Part shown: piece after piece, positions 37,551 through 51,074 of the stretch
How positions within the stretch are numbered: the stretch's first letter is position 1
Layout of the letters: each line of letters begins with the position of its first letter
Assembly: GCA_013239625.1 (NCBI GenBank)
Contig: MU054323.1
Location: 4,256,214 to 4,320,213 of the forward strand
Direction: 5' to 3'
Length of the DNA: 64,000 nucleotides
Source: Lama guanicoe
Lineage: Eukaryota
Translations under genes and position numbers: made by a program
Notes under the pieces: model-generated
Told to the model about the DNA's origin: nothing
The model's input: only the letters and a program-made list of their open reading frames with translations
Database searches by the model: none

Positions 37551-38189
37551 GGAGCCATCTAGCTCCCTGTTGGTTTGTCACTCTATAGCCGTTCCTTATT
37601 CAGCTCCATACTCCCCCAGTGCTCCACCCAGACACATGGTTGACCTTGTGAGAGGTGCCCTAGCTAAGTCTGTTCATCCTTCATCCATAAATCGCTTGTT
37701 TCAGAAGATATACATAATCAATGTGGTATTGAGGAAAAAGATATTTCAAACTCAATGGAGTCATCAGTTTGATTTTTACCAATTATATGTGGCTTTTACA
37801 ATTAAAATCCATTTTTTCAACAACTATTTCACTGGGTTGCAGTGGTGAGCAAGGCAGACAGAGTCTCTGGCCACAGTCTAGCAGCACTGAGCATCACATA
37901 ACATGCCTTGGGTGTTGTGTTAACATCTGTCTCCATTTCAGAGTCTTACCCACAATTTATCATTTGCCTCTCTGTCCGTGTGAAATAGGTCTGCACTGGT
38001 ATCTTCTAAATCTAAATAAGCATTAATGCACAGAAACCATTTTAATTTGCCCTTTTACCTATTATCAGTTTTGCTTGCCCTCTTTATCTTGATGAGTTTA
38101 AGGTTGTAGATTTTTGAGCAAAGGGATTTTTGCCTTTGGTGTAAACCCAGAGCAACATGGACTCTTAATAATTAGCAGCACAAAGGGGA

Positions 38190-39210
38190 GGGTATGAGAG
38201 CAGAAGATCACAAGTAGAAATTAAAATAGTGAGTACCCCTGGAGTAAGCATGGGGTTAATGCAGGTGGCTGGTTGCTGTGAGAGCACAGAGGAGGATGGC
38301 GACCCTAATCCAGGCAGAATCAGGATGTCTTTACAGAAAAGGTAGTTATCTATGTTAACCTGAAGATCAAGTAGGAATGCACAGGCAGAGGGAGGAATGC
38401 ATGTAAAACTAAGTCAGGCTGAGGAAGGGAGGGGTTCAGGATGGCTGGAGCACAGCATCTGAGGAAGGGGAAGGAGAATGCCGTGCTGTGATACAGGATT
38501 TAATGTGGAAAGCAGTGGAGAGTCAGTGATGGGTTGGTCAGGGAAGTGGCATGATCAGATTTTTATTTTAGAAATATCACTCTGGCTGCGATGTGGAAAT
38601 TGGTTCATACTTAAAGCAATTACAGGGGGCAGAGTGACTGGGCAGGAAGCTGTCTCAGTTGTCCAGGTGAAAGATGCTGCTGCCGAACTGGGTAGCAGCA
38701 GTGGGCATGGCAGGGAACCCAGCAGATTTGAGAGACATGTAGGAGGCGATACCAGTAGGACTTGGTGACGAGTTGGTTGCAGGGATTGAGACATGGTCGA
38801 GGATGACTCAAAGTTGGGTACCTTGACTCACAAAGAACCCAAAGTGATTTCATTCCCTGAAATGGGGAACCCAGCGTGGGGAGAAGGGTTTTTATTCTAT
38901 CTTACTTTGTTTGTGAGTGGAAAATGAAAAGGAAGTGTTTACTTTGACATGAACTGAGGTGTCTGTAGGAGAGCTGCTGGAGGTGGCTGGACATATATAG
39001 GCCCGAGGCTCAAAGTGACAAGAGAGAGCCCTAAGAGTAGGTCTGAGAATAGATCATTCACATTTCAAAGACAGACCTCGGTCAATGGGCCTGTGAAAGA
39101 AGCTGGAGAGATCAGAAGGGGAAGAGGAAGCCCAGGGGAATGTGGTAGCAGTGCAGCCAGCCAGAGAGGACATTTCCAGAAGACAGTATCTCTTAGCAGT
39201 GTCAAGACTC
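38190..39210 (-). mobile_element. L2 fragment, about 1 kb
   Basis: atgatcagatttttattttagaaatatcactctggctgcgatgtgga...gtccaggtgaaagatg...cagtaggacttggtga...ctgaaatggggaac. Confidence 0.8.
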
Positions 39211-39467
39211 TCCCATGCACTGCCCCCCACGCCCCTTTAGGTCTTCTGGCTTCCTTGTTGTCTGGTTACGTAGCTGAGGGAAGTTATAAGGACCAGATAC
39301 CGAGAGTGATCTGGGCATCCTGGGGGCAGCTGTGGGGCTTGGTGGTTGTAGGTGTGACGTTGTGTTGAAGTACCTGTGGTCAACATTTTACCAAAGACTT
39401 AAGGTGCCTGGGCCAGAAGAAGACCTGGGATGGAGGGGCAAATTAAAATGTATCACATATTGGGGTT

Positions 39468-40090
39468 TTTATTTATTAAGGAGTATTTATTGAGGGCCTG
39501 TTGCATTCCAGAATCTATGCTGGGCTCTAGGCTGCAGTGATAAATGATGTAAAGTCCCTGTCATTGACCCAGAGGTCAATAGAAATTAGTCCCATATATA
39601 AATGGCTTATAACTATGCAAACTACTACAGAGGAGAAGTATCAGGTGCTGTGTGAATGCAGAATAGAAAGGTTTCAGGTGGTTTACAGGATCAGGGAAGA
39701 ACTCCAGAGAGAAGGGTATTTAATCATTGAGAATTCAATGATGAGTAGATCACTTAGTAGATGTTAACTGTTGATAGACAGGGGAACAGCCCTGTAGACA
39801 GAAGGAACAGCCTGACTAAGTTGTCTGAAGCAGGAGGAATCCTGGCGTGCAAGGAGTGAAAGCAGCTGTGTGTGTGTGGAGCAGGGAGAGCTGTGACAGA
39901 GAGAGAGAAGGTGAGCCGGGGAGGAGCAGGAGTTAGACTCAGCAGGACTCAGGAGGGCTTTGTCAGGTGGGTTATTAAACTGGGAGTTGATGTGATCAGC
40001 TTTGCATTAAAAAATTCACTGTGTCTGCAGTATGAAGAATGGATTGAAGGTAGCATGAAGGGACGCAGAGAATCCATTGTGAACAGGCTT
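39468..40090 (-). mobile_element. L2 3' region
   Basis: agtatttattgagggcctgttgcattccagaatctatgctgggctctagg...gatgtgatcagctttgcattaaaaaattcactgtgtctgcagt. Confidence 0.75.
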
Positions 40091-41991
40091 TGAACAGCTA
40101 ATGCGTGCAGCTTTCATTGAGGGTCTACTGACTGGAGCAGCTACTGCATGAGCTCTCGCAAATGCAGGGCCTGTGGGTGGGATGGTGAATGACGAAGAAG
40201 TCTATACATCCTGGAAGAGCTTGAAAATTTTTTGAGGAAATAGTCGTGGACCCTCCCAGAGAAGAGAAAGCACAGGCTGAATATAAAATCAAGAGCTGAG
40301 TATGATAAGTCAGACGGCTCCAGTAGAGAGGGGCCACTGTGGATGGGAGGAGTGAAAAAAGAATTTGAAATGGAGAGGTGGGCCTCCAGATTGAGTTCCT
40401 AGAGGTGGAGAGTGTGAATGAGGGGGCTGCCTTCGGGGTCCGTGGTGGGGAGCAGGGAGAGCATGTTCTAGCCTCGGCAGGACAGTCCAGGACCCGTTTT
40501 CTCCTGACCACTAGAGGTGGCTTCCCAGCCACACAAAATTCTGTAGTTTTGGGGTCTGTCTCTCTGTCTGCCTTATCATTTATCTAGGAATGGACATCCC
40601 AGGGGAAGTTCTATCTTCCTTTCTGTCATTTCTTGCAGAGCAATCAGCTTTGCAAAGCTTCTGATTTTAGGGCTAATCATGTTCCTTTTCTCCCTGGAAA
40701 AGGACTATTTGCATGTTTTTATGAGTCTTATTACATAGCTTTATGACTTGTACATGTAATAATAGTGAGCCAGACGTTCATGGTATGTGTCTCTAGAGAA
40801 GTCATCAGTCGAACATAAAAATGTAAATCCATTTGGAAAAACACAGACCAGTTATTGAAAGTGAACCTGCAGAACATGTGCCCCCAGTGATAGATTAACC
40901 CAGCCCAACGACACGCTCTCTCAGCTCAGACCTGCTCTGTAGACCATCTGGAAACAGACAATGTTTAATAACGCAGAATAACACAATCAGCGAGGTTCCC
41001 ATTTACAAATGAAATCAATTGGAGAATGAGTGATTACACTGATCTAAAGCAAATGGAAATATTTTCCTCAAATTTCGGGCAGGGCTGGGCTGGGAGAGAA
41101 GATGGTCAAAGATTCCAGAGCCCATCTTGTGAATCTGGGCAAAGCCAGACATTTGAAGATAAGAAAGCGCAGATTCCAGGTGGGTGAATCTCTCTCCAAA
41201 ATTGACCTGTCAAAACCCCGCTATGAATGACTGTACTTTTCTCTCACAAACAGATATCAATATCTAAAAATTCTTCCTGCAATTTCTTTCCACAAAGCAA
41301 TAAGACAGTTTCAGACCAATAACAGCTCACTAAGTGGTATTTCTGTGTTCTGTCACCCCCACAGCTGTAACCAACAAAATGAAAAGGTAAGAAAGATACA
41401 GCAAAAAATCAGAAGTCACCTGCTACAAGCCAGTGGGGGTCTTTATCCTGATCGGGCAATCCAGAACTCTTTTCCTATTTCATTAGCTTTTCCTTCTAAA
41501 ATCTTCTTGGTCTTTTACAAGCAATTAAGACCATTATTTGTCTGATTATTAAACAGGGAACCAGGAACCTGGAAGTTTATGTCACACATAACTAAGAGGC
41601 AATTTAGCTGGAAGGCACGTGGCTGAGAAGTGGAGGGGGCAAACTTGGGAGCCCCACATCTGAACTGCTCTGGTTCTGGTGCTGGCTGGTTTTAGAGTTT
41701 GCTGCTCATCTAGTGGTGGTATGATCATTCTGCAGCAAAACCAGGTAGAGATTTCTGTGCTCGGGCAGAAGCAGCAGCGGCAGCTTTCCTAGAGTCCGGG
41801 CACTAGAGGCAGGAAAATTTTATCACACACCCCAGAAATGTGCACTGCACCCCCCCCAGCTCATTCCCCTTATTTGGGGATTAAATCCACCACGACCACC
41901 ATTTCTCTTTTGTGTGCATCAGTCAAATATCTAACAAGCCTACACTGATGTGGCTTGTTTTACACTATAAGGGCTAGCAGATACATTGCCT

Positions 41992-42018
41992 TGTGTGTAT
42001 GTGTGTGTGTGTGTGTGG
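41992..42018. repeat. (TG)n microsatellite
   Basis: tgtgtgtatgtgtgtgtgtgtgtgtg. Confidence 0.9.
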
Positions 42019-42334
42019 GTGTTGTGGTTGAGGAGGGCTGAGGATTGAGCAGATAAAGACAGGGAAAGGGTCAGTGTTAAAGAAGCAAATGAAATCCTTT
42101 AGGGCCTTCTGAGCTGATGCAGGTGCGAGAAGGATACTGGCCAGCAAATTGCATTGGCAGCAAGTCACATAAAGTTCCAAATGAGGGGAGTGCAGTGCCC
42201 ATAGAGGGTCTTTAAGGAAGGGAGGAGCCCTGTGGCTCAGGAAGGGGTGCAGTGGGATGGTGGTGTCTAGGTTGAGCCCTGAAGGTGGAGGTGGTGGGTG
42301 GAGGGGAACTGGGGCAGCCCTGATGGTGGAGGAA

Positions 42335-42690
42335 ATGTTGGCTACTTAATGTCCCACTCAGATACCCCCTTGCAGGACTGAAGCCCTCAGTCTCCCAGCC
42401 GTGGGGATGTTGGTGGCTGCCAGCTGAGTCTCACGCCCTGCTCACCATTACTCTCAGCTGAAGAGAGCTGCCTCACCTCGTCACGTTTTTGAGGAGTAGC
42501 CCACATCCAATGGTTGGTTGATAAAGAGTTTAAAATGCCTGGTGCTTTTGTTGCAATTTGAGACAACTCTGCAGGGCCGTCTCAGCTCCTGAGCTCCAAG
42601 GTGATTGTCTGAGGCCTTTGTGACAGAATCTCAGCCTTCTGGTCAGTCCTGCTCACTTCACTCCCTCACAGGTGTTGATCCTGACAGCAC
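42335..42690 (+). mobile_element. LTR16C-like solo LTR, 3' end truncated
   Basis: ctcagataccccctt...caggactgaagccctc...ctcagctgaagagagctgcctcacc...gacaactctgcagggccgtctcagctcc...cctcacaggtgttgatcctgacagcac. Confidence 0.8.
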
Positions 42691-42922
42691 CTGCAGCCTG
42701 GGCACGTTCATGGCCAGGCTGCACATGCTCAGCAGGATCCTCTGCCAAGGCTGGCTCTCAGGAGGTGCAGTCGAGTCCTTCCCAGGCAAGGGCCTGCTGC
42801 TCTCACATGGTGCTGTCTTGGCAGCTGCTTCCAGGGACTTGTCCTGGGGAAGGGAACACTGAAGGTAGAGAAAGAAAGAGATGTGGGAAGGAGGCAACAC
42901 CTAGAACAAAAGGTGAGGGGGA

Positions 42923-43312
42923 GTTACAGTTCTGGAGGTCAGCAATCCTAAGTGAGTCTCACTGGGCTATGATGTTGGTAGGGCTGAGTTTCTTCTGGAG
43001 GCTCTAAAAGAGAATCCTTTGTTGCCTTTTCTAGCTTCTGGAGACCACTTGCATTTCTTGGCTCCTGTCTCCTGCCTCCCTCTTCAAAGCCATCGAGGTT
43101 GGGCTGAGTCCTTACACTGCCACCTCTCTGATTCTGACCTTGTCTTCTGTCTCTGTCTTCCACTTACAAGGACCTCTGGGATTCCATTAGGCTCACTCAA
43201 ATAATTGAGGATAATCTTCCTATTTTAAGGTCAGCTGATTAGGAACCTTAATTCCACCTGCAATGTAAATTTCCCTTTGCCATGGGGATTAGGATGTGGC
43301 TATCTTTGAGAG
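42923..43312 (-). mobile_element. MLT1C-like MaLR LTR
   Basis: tacagttctggaggtcag...cttctggaggctct...ggataatcttcctattttaaggtcagctgatt...ggggattaggatgtgg. Confidence 0.85.
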
Positions 43313-43659
43313 GAATGGGGGCCTATGTTCTTTTAGTTTTCCCAAAATATGGGGAAGGGAAGAATAGGGATTGAGCCCCTGGAACTGCTTTCCCAGCTTT
43401 GGCCCTTAGGACTTGCCATTGGCAAAGCTGTGTACTGTGTGCTGTTTGATCTTCTGAAGTATCAAGCAACGCCCATGGGCTGAGGGCTCCAAAATCCTGA
43501 TCTTCAAAATAGGCCATCTTCCTGAGTTTCATCCCCTTGATCCATTTCCCTACATACCTCTTCCTGAATATCCCAAGTCACTTTTATGTGCTGGAAACAT
43601 AGCTGTAATTGAATGTTTCCTTTAGAGATCACCTGCCCACCAAGTTCTTGCAGAACTTC

Positions 43660-44130
43660 TTCTTAGAGATTCTGGAGCCCGTCTCCTTTCTCCTTTCTCA
43701 CTCTCACCCCACCGTTCACCATCTTTTCCTGGTCTACTGTATTAGCCATAGATCTCTTACCAATTCTGCTTCTGTCAAATACCCGCTCCTTACATCAAGC
43801 CATTGTGGACACTGTCAGAGCAATTGTACATAAACACAGAGCTCTAATTCTGTATTTAAAATATTCACTTTCCCTGCTTTACACAAAATCAGACTCTAAC
43901 TCATCAACCCGTACCAATGTCATCTATCCTCAGACTCTTTCCATACTTGTTTTCCACCAGTCTCTTCAAGTTCCATCCAGGTGATGCTGTCATACTTTAC
44001 TGTCTCTGTGTAATTACTTGCACGTGTGTCATCTTCGTAGACTGGGGATAACTCAAGGGTTGGGTGGTATCTTGTTCACCTCAGTATCCTCCTATGTAGA
44101 GCACAACACAGATGCTTAGTGAACATCCAG
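43660..44130 (+). mobile_element. L2 fragment
   Basis: ccatcttttcctggtctactg...tagactggggataactcaagggttgg...tcttgttcacctcagtatcc. Confidence 0.6.
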
Positions 44131-47061
44131 TAAAAGAGCCACTAAATTTTCCCTTTTGCTTACATTTTAGCCATCCTCCGAGAGCAACTCGTAGCAGTTA
44201 CAGTGATTACCAAGGGGGTGACAAGACTCAGCTACTTACTCTTGTCAGCTAGAGCCTCCGTGTGTCTGGGCCATCTCCGGCCATACTCAGACTTCTACCC
44301 CTTGTTGTTCTGGAGCACAGCTCCCAATATGACCAGTGCTACCAACGAAAGTCAAGTCAGAGCCTTCTAGTTTTCAGCAACAACTTCCGAGACATGGGTC
44401 TTATGCACGTGTCTCCTCTAGCCGCTGCTGTCCATTCCTTAGGGTTTACCCTATTGAAAATTTCTTCTCCTAATGCTATCCTCGTCAAAGAACCTCGGGG
44501 CACAAGTCCCTCAGTATCAGATGAATAAACTACGGCCAGTGGCTAAGGTCAGGTGGACCCAGGGCTTGGTGAGGATGAAAGTGCCTCAACTCAAAGTGCT
44601 TTGTCCTCTAAATCACACTGCCTCCTGCTTATTTTTAGGAACAGTAACAGTTCTAAGATGGAATGGCAGCTTATTCTTTCTGAAACTATTTTCTTACTGA
44701 ATTAACTCATTTGGCCTTATCTTGTAGGGGTCATAAGCTACTTTAAGTAAAGTTAACTATTCTCTGAGAATGTCACAATGTGGAAACTTTATCATAATTC
44801 ATTTCCATTTCTTTCTGTTATTAAAAAAAAACCCTTCAATGTCTATGTCTCACGTGCTCTTTATAGTGGGTCCTTGAGTTAATTATGCTTATAAAAAGTA
44901 CCTTAACATTTGCATTATTCGTGACCCATCTTCAAAATATATTGTGCTTTGGCAGATTTTTGCGCGGTCTTAAAACGGGTATGCAGATTGCGGCACCTGT
45001 ACACTTAAATTTATGTGACAACCTCTGACCGCAGGCACTTATAAATAAGTGCCATAGAAGTAGCTTATTGTGTAGAGGGGCAAGTGGCTGAGGAAGGACA
45101 GGGTCCCTCTTCCTCCCAGGCAGAGCGGGTGTGTGTATGAACTATGCTTTTCTTTCTCTGGGCTCGTGGTCGAAGCAGAGATGGTGTCTGGGAAAAGATC
45201 AATAGTGGGCAGTGAAGGTTAGAGCAGAGGAGAGGATGACGTCTCCAAGACAAAGTACTGAAAGGCAGCATAATGCTTGTCAACCGTCTCCCAGCATCAC
45301 TCATGTGCTGCTTTTAGTTCACACTAACAAACAGTATAGAAAAGGTCATTAAAACAAAACAAGCTCGCCAAACAGCCAATAGCCCTCCCACAAGGAAGTC
45401 TTGGACGGAAACGCTGGCTGTGAATCTTGGGCTTTGGAGAGCAAGAGGCAGAGTTTGCACATCTCCATGCTGCCCCACATTTCTCTTCTCTTTGAAAAAT
45501 ATTGGGCCTGACTGCTGTTTTACCATGTGCTCAGGGTCACACAGGGTTCTGGGCGCTCTGCCTCCACCTTGTGCTCCGTTGAAAGACCTGAGTCATGGTT
45601 TGCTGATTGCTGGACAAGAGCAGAGGTTCCAATTGTTAATCACAGGCTAGAACTCTGCAAAAATGTCTCCAATTTAAAGCCCACGCTATGCTCTAGATCC
45701 CCTGCCTCTCTTCCCAGTGATGGAGGAGCCAATGGAGGTGGGCCCCTAAGCTTCTGATGAAACAGAAGGCATCCAAATCTTTGGAGGACACGTCTGTCAC
45801 TCGGTCATATTTTCGCCTTCTCTACGGTCAGGCAGATTTTTTTTAAGCAACCCATTTCAGTCATTCCTTGCAGCCTGGATTTGTCTGAAAAAATGGTTCA
45901 GATTTTTACAAGATTACCTAATCCTTAAGAGAACTATAAACACCCTCCCCAAAGAGATAAAGTGAAGAAAAACACAGGCCAAAAGTGTTTTGAATATCCC
46001 TCTACTTCAGAGTCTGATTTTAAGCTCCATTCTTAGTATTTCATGTGCCCAAATCCAATTAGCTCGGCCCCACCCCCTTTTAAGAGCCTCAGAGTGAGAA
46101 AAGACGTCCTGGAGGCTTGTTAAGTTTTGGGGAGTCAAGAGGAGGCACTTGAGATTTTGTGCACTCTGGGTGCAGCCAGGCTGAGTGGCCCTCTGTGATA
46201 CTGTTTCAGAGGCAGGTATTGAATTCCCTCCCTACCCAGCCCCTGGTGCTCCCTGCTAGGGGACTGTCTCCCGAGCACAAGCAGGAAGGTGGCCACATTT
46301 TTCTGGCAGGTTAGTGAGTCTTCTACGATGCAGCTGGGAGTCCTTTAGGTGAAAGGCAATAAACAAATCACCTGGTGATGAATGTTGCCCTTCCGACTGG
46401 CTGGAACCTTCTCACTTGTGGAGCTGCCCACAGCCTTTAGGGAAGGCAATGAATGGGCGTCTGCACGGGAAGCATGAACAATCCCAGTCTATCTACTTAC
46501 AAATGTGTAAAGGTCTCACGCAGCTGAGGATGGTTTTGAATAAATAGGCTGCTCTCTGAAAATCAACAGCCCTATAGATCTGGAGATGGAGCTTCACTGC
46601 TCCCCAGTGCTCAGCTCATGAATAAATAAAAGGTGCCCGTTGATTCAGCTGCCAAATGTGACATGGTGATGAATTTCCAAGGGTGTCACTCAGGATGGTA
46701 ACAATTGCAACACTGATGGGCCTGGGCGGGGGTGGGGGGCAGGCGACAGGCAAAGCACCTGTGTTCACGGGTCTCTCACTGAGGCCCTTTGTAGGGGTGG
46801 ATGGCCTGAAACTCTGGTGGCCAGCACCACCTGGCTTGCTCATATGCCTCACCTAGCACACGCTGCACACACACCTAGCACACACTGCAAAAACAAGGTG
46901 AAGAAGCTACTGAGTGAAACAGACACAAAGGAGTGACAGCAAGGGCTAAATCCTGGGGCCCAGACTGATAGACATAGTGTCTATGAGGCCATTCTTCCGT
47001 AGCCACCAATTCTGCCCCAACCCATCCATCCTCTATCTGGAGGCTCCCAGAGAGTTTTTCT

Positions 47062-47345
47062 TTTTCTTTTTTCTTTTTTTGAAATATAGTCAGTTTACAA
47101 TGTTGTGTCAATGTCTATTATATAGCATAATGTTTCAGTCATACATATACATACATATATTCATTTTCATGTGCTTTTTCATTATCGGTTACTACAAGAT
47201 ATTGAATACATTCCCTGGGCTCTACAGAAGAAACTTGTTTATCTATTTTGTATGTAGTAGTTAGTATCTGCAAATATCAAACCCCAGTTCATTCCTTTAT
47301 ACCCCCTTTCCCCCTGGTAACCATGTTTATTTTTTATGTCTGTGA
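47062..47345 (-). mobile_element. Camelid-type L1 3' UTR stub (about 285 bp) with 15-bp TSD
   Basis: T-rich tail, then gaaatatagtcagtttacaatgttgtgtcaat...ggtaaccatg; TSD ccagagagtttttct and ccagagacttcttct. Confidence 0.9.
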
Positions 47346-47557
47346 CCAGAGACTTCTTCTAATAGGCTTGGCGGTCGTTGCCTAAAAACCTTCACTGGCC
47401 CCTGTTCACTTCTAGGGTAAAATCCCAATTACTGAGTGTGTTTTACAAGGTTCTTCATAACTGTGACAACCTCCCTTAAAGCTCCATATCCCACCACTGT
47501 CTGGACGTCTGTCACATGGGTTTCCTCTTCTTGTCTGGGCACATCATGTGTCTGTTG

Positions 47558-47610
47558 TGTGTCCATCAGGGTTCTCCAGAGAAGTAAAACCAATGGGATA
47601 TATATATAGC
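47558..47610 (-). mobile_element. MLT2 LTR terminal fragment inside an L2 remnant
   Basis: tcagggttctccagagaagtaaaaccaatgggatatatata. Confidence 0.65.
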
Positions 47611-49699
47611 TCCTTGAAGGCAGAGGTTTTGTCCCATGTATCTATGGCAGCGGTGTTCTGAGCGAGAGGGTCTTTTGTGCATAGCAACCATGGGAGCCTT
47701 CATCAATAGCTGTCTTCTGCCCCTGGAAGGATGCCTAGCACAAATAATCTTTGGAGAAGATTTTGCTTTGCTCAGGGATGGCTGAAGCGTCTTAGAAGTG
47801 AGTCTGGACCTTTTGTCCTGTCCTTGGAAGAAATAAGGAACTTCTTTCAGGTTTTCCCATTCATGTCACCTGAAATCCAATTAACATACATCTCACCTGC
47901 CAGAAACTCCCTCAGACCCCTAAGTACCAGAACTGAATTTGCATGACATCACAGTAATCCTTTCCAGGAACTGAGATGGCAGAGGCTTAATAAGCCATGA
48001 CTATTAACATTGTTTTTCTCGCAAAGGTGGCTAATGGAATGGTCTCTACTACATGTGGACAAAGATACAGTTACTCAGCCCACTTGAAGAAATACTTAGA
48101 AATTCTCTTTGATCATACGAATTTAAAGGGAGAAAGTCCATCAGCTACTGGTTTGCGCGTTCCCCGTGGGCAGTGGGTGCTCTCTGATTCCTTGTCTCCC
48201 CTCAGCTCAGAGCTTCATTTTAGACACAGTGTTTGGTGAATATTTGTGGTTGGCATATTCTAAATGGGTTACTACGAGTCTCCCAGAAGTCCTCTTCAGT
48301 CCCTTTTCTCCCGTCTAACAGTGCACATTGCAGCCTGGGGCATCACACGTATAGGTAAGAGCTCCTTTGGAAGGTGTTGATTTTCATACATAAAGTACAG
48401 GGTTCTTAACAAGAGAAGGAGTCCCTCCCTCAGGAGGCACTCAGCCCCTGAAGATAGGCAGGTGTGAACACAGGAGTGTAAGGCAGCGAACTCCACTGTT
48501 AGTGCTTTTCTTTCGGGGCCCAGGTTGAGAACACCTGTCTGTCTCCTTGTGTCCCTAGAGAGAGCAGCTGCTGGTGAAATAGTGTTGGTTTGAAGCAACC
48601 CTTAGATGCGTTTGTGCTCATGCTCTTTCTCTGCTATTCCTCTTCTTAAATTCTAACATGTTGCTGTCATGTTGGCAACAGCGAACACTACAGTGGAAAA
48701 TGCATCTGAGCTTCTTTTCAGGCTGACCCTGTTTCCCCTCAGGTGAAAACTCCCCAAAATTAGACTCTCTAGGAGTGGCATTTCTTGATGTTGAATTGAA
48801 CTCAATAAAGAATGATGTTTGAACTCTGGGTTGTTTTTGACATATACACACTTTCCAAAATATACTTTTCAGCTATCACATTTTATTCATTTCATGAATG
48901 CACAAATACAATGCTTTATTTTTAGATCTGACTCTTAATCATTTATTGCAAATCATACATTTATTTGTAAATATTTCAGCCTATGTATTATTGACTATGA
49001 CTTAAGTCTAAATGCTGATAAATACTGTTAACTGGGAGATGATTTATCTAAATGTTAAGAGTAGGATTTGATTCCCAAGGGTGCTGATATAAGCAGGTAG
49101 ATTCCATTTTAATGAATTTAGGGTTAATGTTTGCATATGTTTGCATTTTAAAAATTATGCTTGCATTATCCAAGAACTACACTTAGTACCAAGGAGTTGA
49201 AATCAGCAAATGCTTTAATGACTTATTGCCTATAAGCAAGATGCCTAGCTTTGATAATAGACATGCAAAGAAAGGAAGATTAATGATGCTGTTGCCATTT
49301 CATGATGTTAATATTGGATTTCCTTTGGTTCTTACTGTGCTAGAGGCATTTTACGAAACACAGTGTCACAAATGCTTCTGCTTCTGTCTCCTCTTCTTCC
49401 TCAACCAGTTTATTCTTCTGATGTTCCTATTTTTATCAAAATTTACATTGATAAAAAGTTATCTTAATCTGTTTTCCAAGTCTGAAGTCATTGTCATTCT
49501 TTATCCCTACCATTCAACCAATAAATCTTCTGGTTCAAATCTTAGCCTTTAGATATCTGAAATCCATATGAAGTTAGGAAACAACTTCCAATGTGCAGGA
49601 AATACATTTGGAGACATTCTCTTTTTGATATAATTAATGAAATAAAAAATACTACTTTCTGAAATGCCAGAGACTATATATTGTTATTTTGTTCATCAA

Positions 49700-49865
49700 A
49701 AAGTAACCTTATGAGATCACTGCTACTGTTCTCCATTTTACAGAGGAGGCGTTAAGGGCAAAGTGAAGTTCAGCAACTTGCCTGAACTCACAAAACTCAG
49801 AGTGGGAAGGTGGGACTCAGACCCCACTGTATCTGATCCCAAATGTTGTTCCAAGCACCGAGGCT
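49700..49865 (-). mobile_element. MIR SINE
   Basis: ctccattttacagaggagg...gtgaagttcagcaacttgcctga...gtgggactcagacccc. Confidence 0.8.
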
Positions 49866-50943
49866 TCAGAAGAGTGGTAGTGTATTTGGTTACATTCAGT
49901 TCTATAATGATACCCCTGTGGCCCTTCCTCCTGCCAGGCCTGAGTCTATAACAATGCAAATGTTTCTTTAAAAAGGGTCAGGAAGCCTCTTTGTGGGTGG
50001 ATGCCGGAAAAAGTCTGTTTACTGGGCAGGGGCACCCTCTTCTTCCCTGGGACCCTCTTCGCTTGAGGTCTGGGCTTGCAGACAGAGCCCACTTAAGCTC
50101 CCCCACCTTCTTTGCAGCCTTTCCTTCAGTTCAGCTTCAGTAGCATTTCCAAGCTCAAGGATGGGGGTGGTTGGTGGTGACGTGGGGAAGCTCGGGGGAG
50201 ACTTGGGGAGCCTCTGGGAGATGTTCTTTGGTTTTAGATAGGCCTTCCCCACATCCTTTCCCTGCCTTAGGAGTGCTGTCCCTCAGGAGAGGGCGTAGAG
50301 GCTGTGATGGGCTTTGAGAAATGAAGGAGGTTTTAGAGCCTAGGTGGGGTAGCAGATGAGCAGACAGAGAAGGTGGGGCTGGAGGGAGCTTCGGTCTGTG
50401 AGAAGGCACAGGATCTGGAGGAGGGGCCTGGGAGGTGACAGTGGGATCTGGGGACAGGGAGGGCTGTGGGTGGGGACAGAACTAGGGCCTGAGAGCAGGG
50501 GAAAGGCAGAAGAGGCCCAAGGTTAGAAATATGTTTCTCTTCTTCCCAGTGCTCCCCTGGGAGAACTTTCTGCCTACATCCACTGTGGGTGTCCTTCCTG
50601 CAGACACAGCCACTTCCCAGAGGATACTCCAAATGTTCCCACCTAGGAGTCTCCCTGTAAAGACTGTTCCCCACCTGCCTTTTATACTGAGTTGCAGGTC
50701 AAGTCCCTTTTCTAGGACACCGTTCTTAATGGACTAGGGAGTAGGGGTCACCTCTTCTCTAGGACACTAACCTGTGGGTCACAGCACTGTGCGTATATGC
50801 ATTAATGGCCAAACAGAAAGCCAAGGAGAACAGACCTATCTTTGCAATACATACTTATTATTTGGGCAGAAACACATCTTTCTCCTGCTTTGATAAGGAC
50901 TCATCTAGGCAGATACCAGGAAAACTGTGAACAGTGCTCTAAA

Positions 50944-51074
50944 CCAGCGCTAACCATCATTCACCGAATGGGAGCTGCTCGATGATCGTGTTGAAATGAA
51001 GACTCTGATTCAGTAGGTCTAAGCTGGAGCCTGAGATTCTACATGCGGATGCTGAGGACCGCACTTTGAGTAGC
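50944..51074 (+). mobile_element. MER5B-like MITE
   Basis: aaatgaagactctgattcagtaggtctaagctggagcctgagattct...gaccgcactttgagtagc. Confidence 0.75.
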
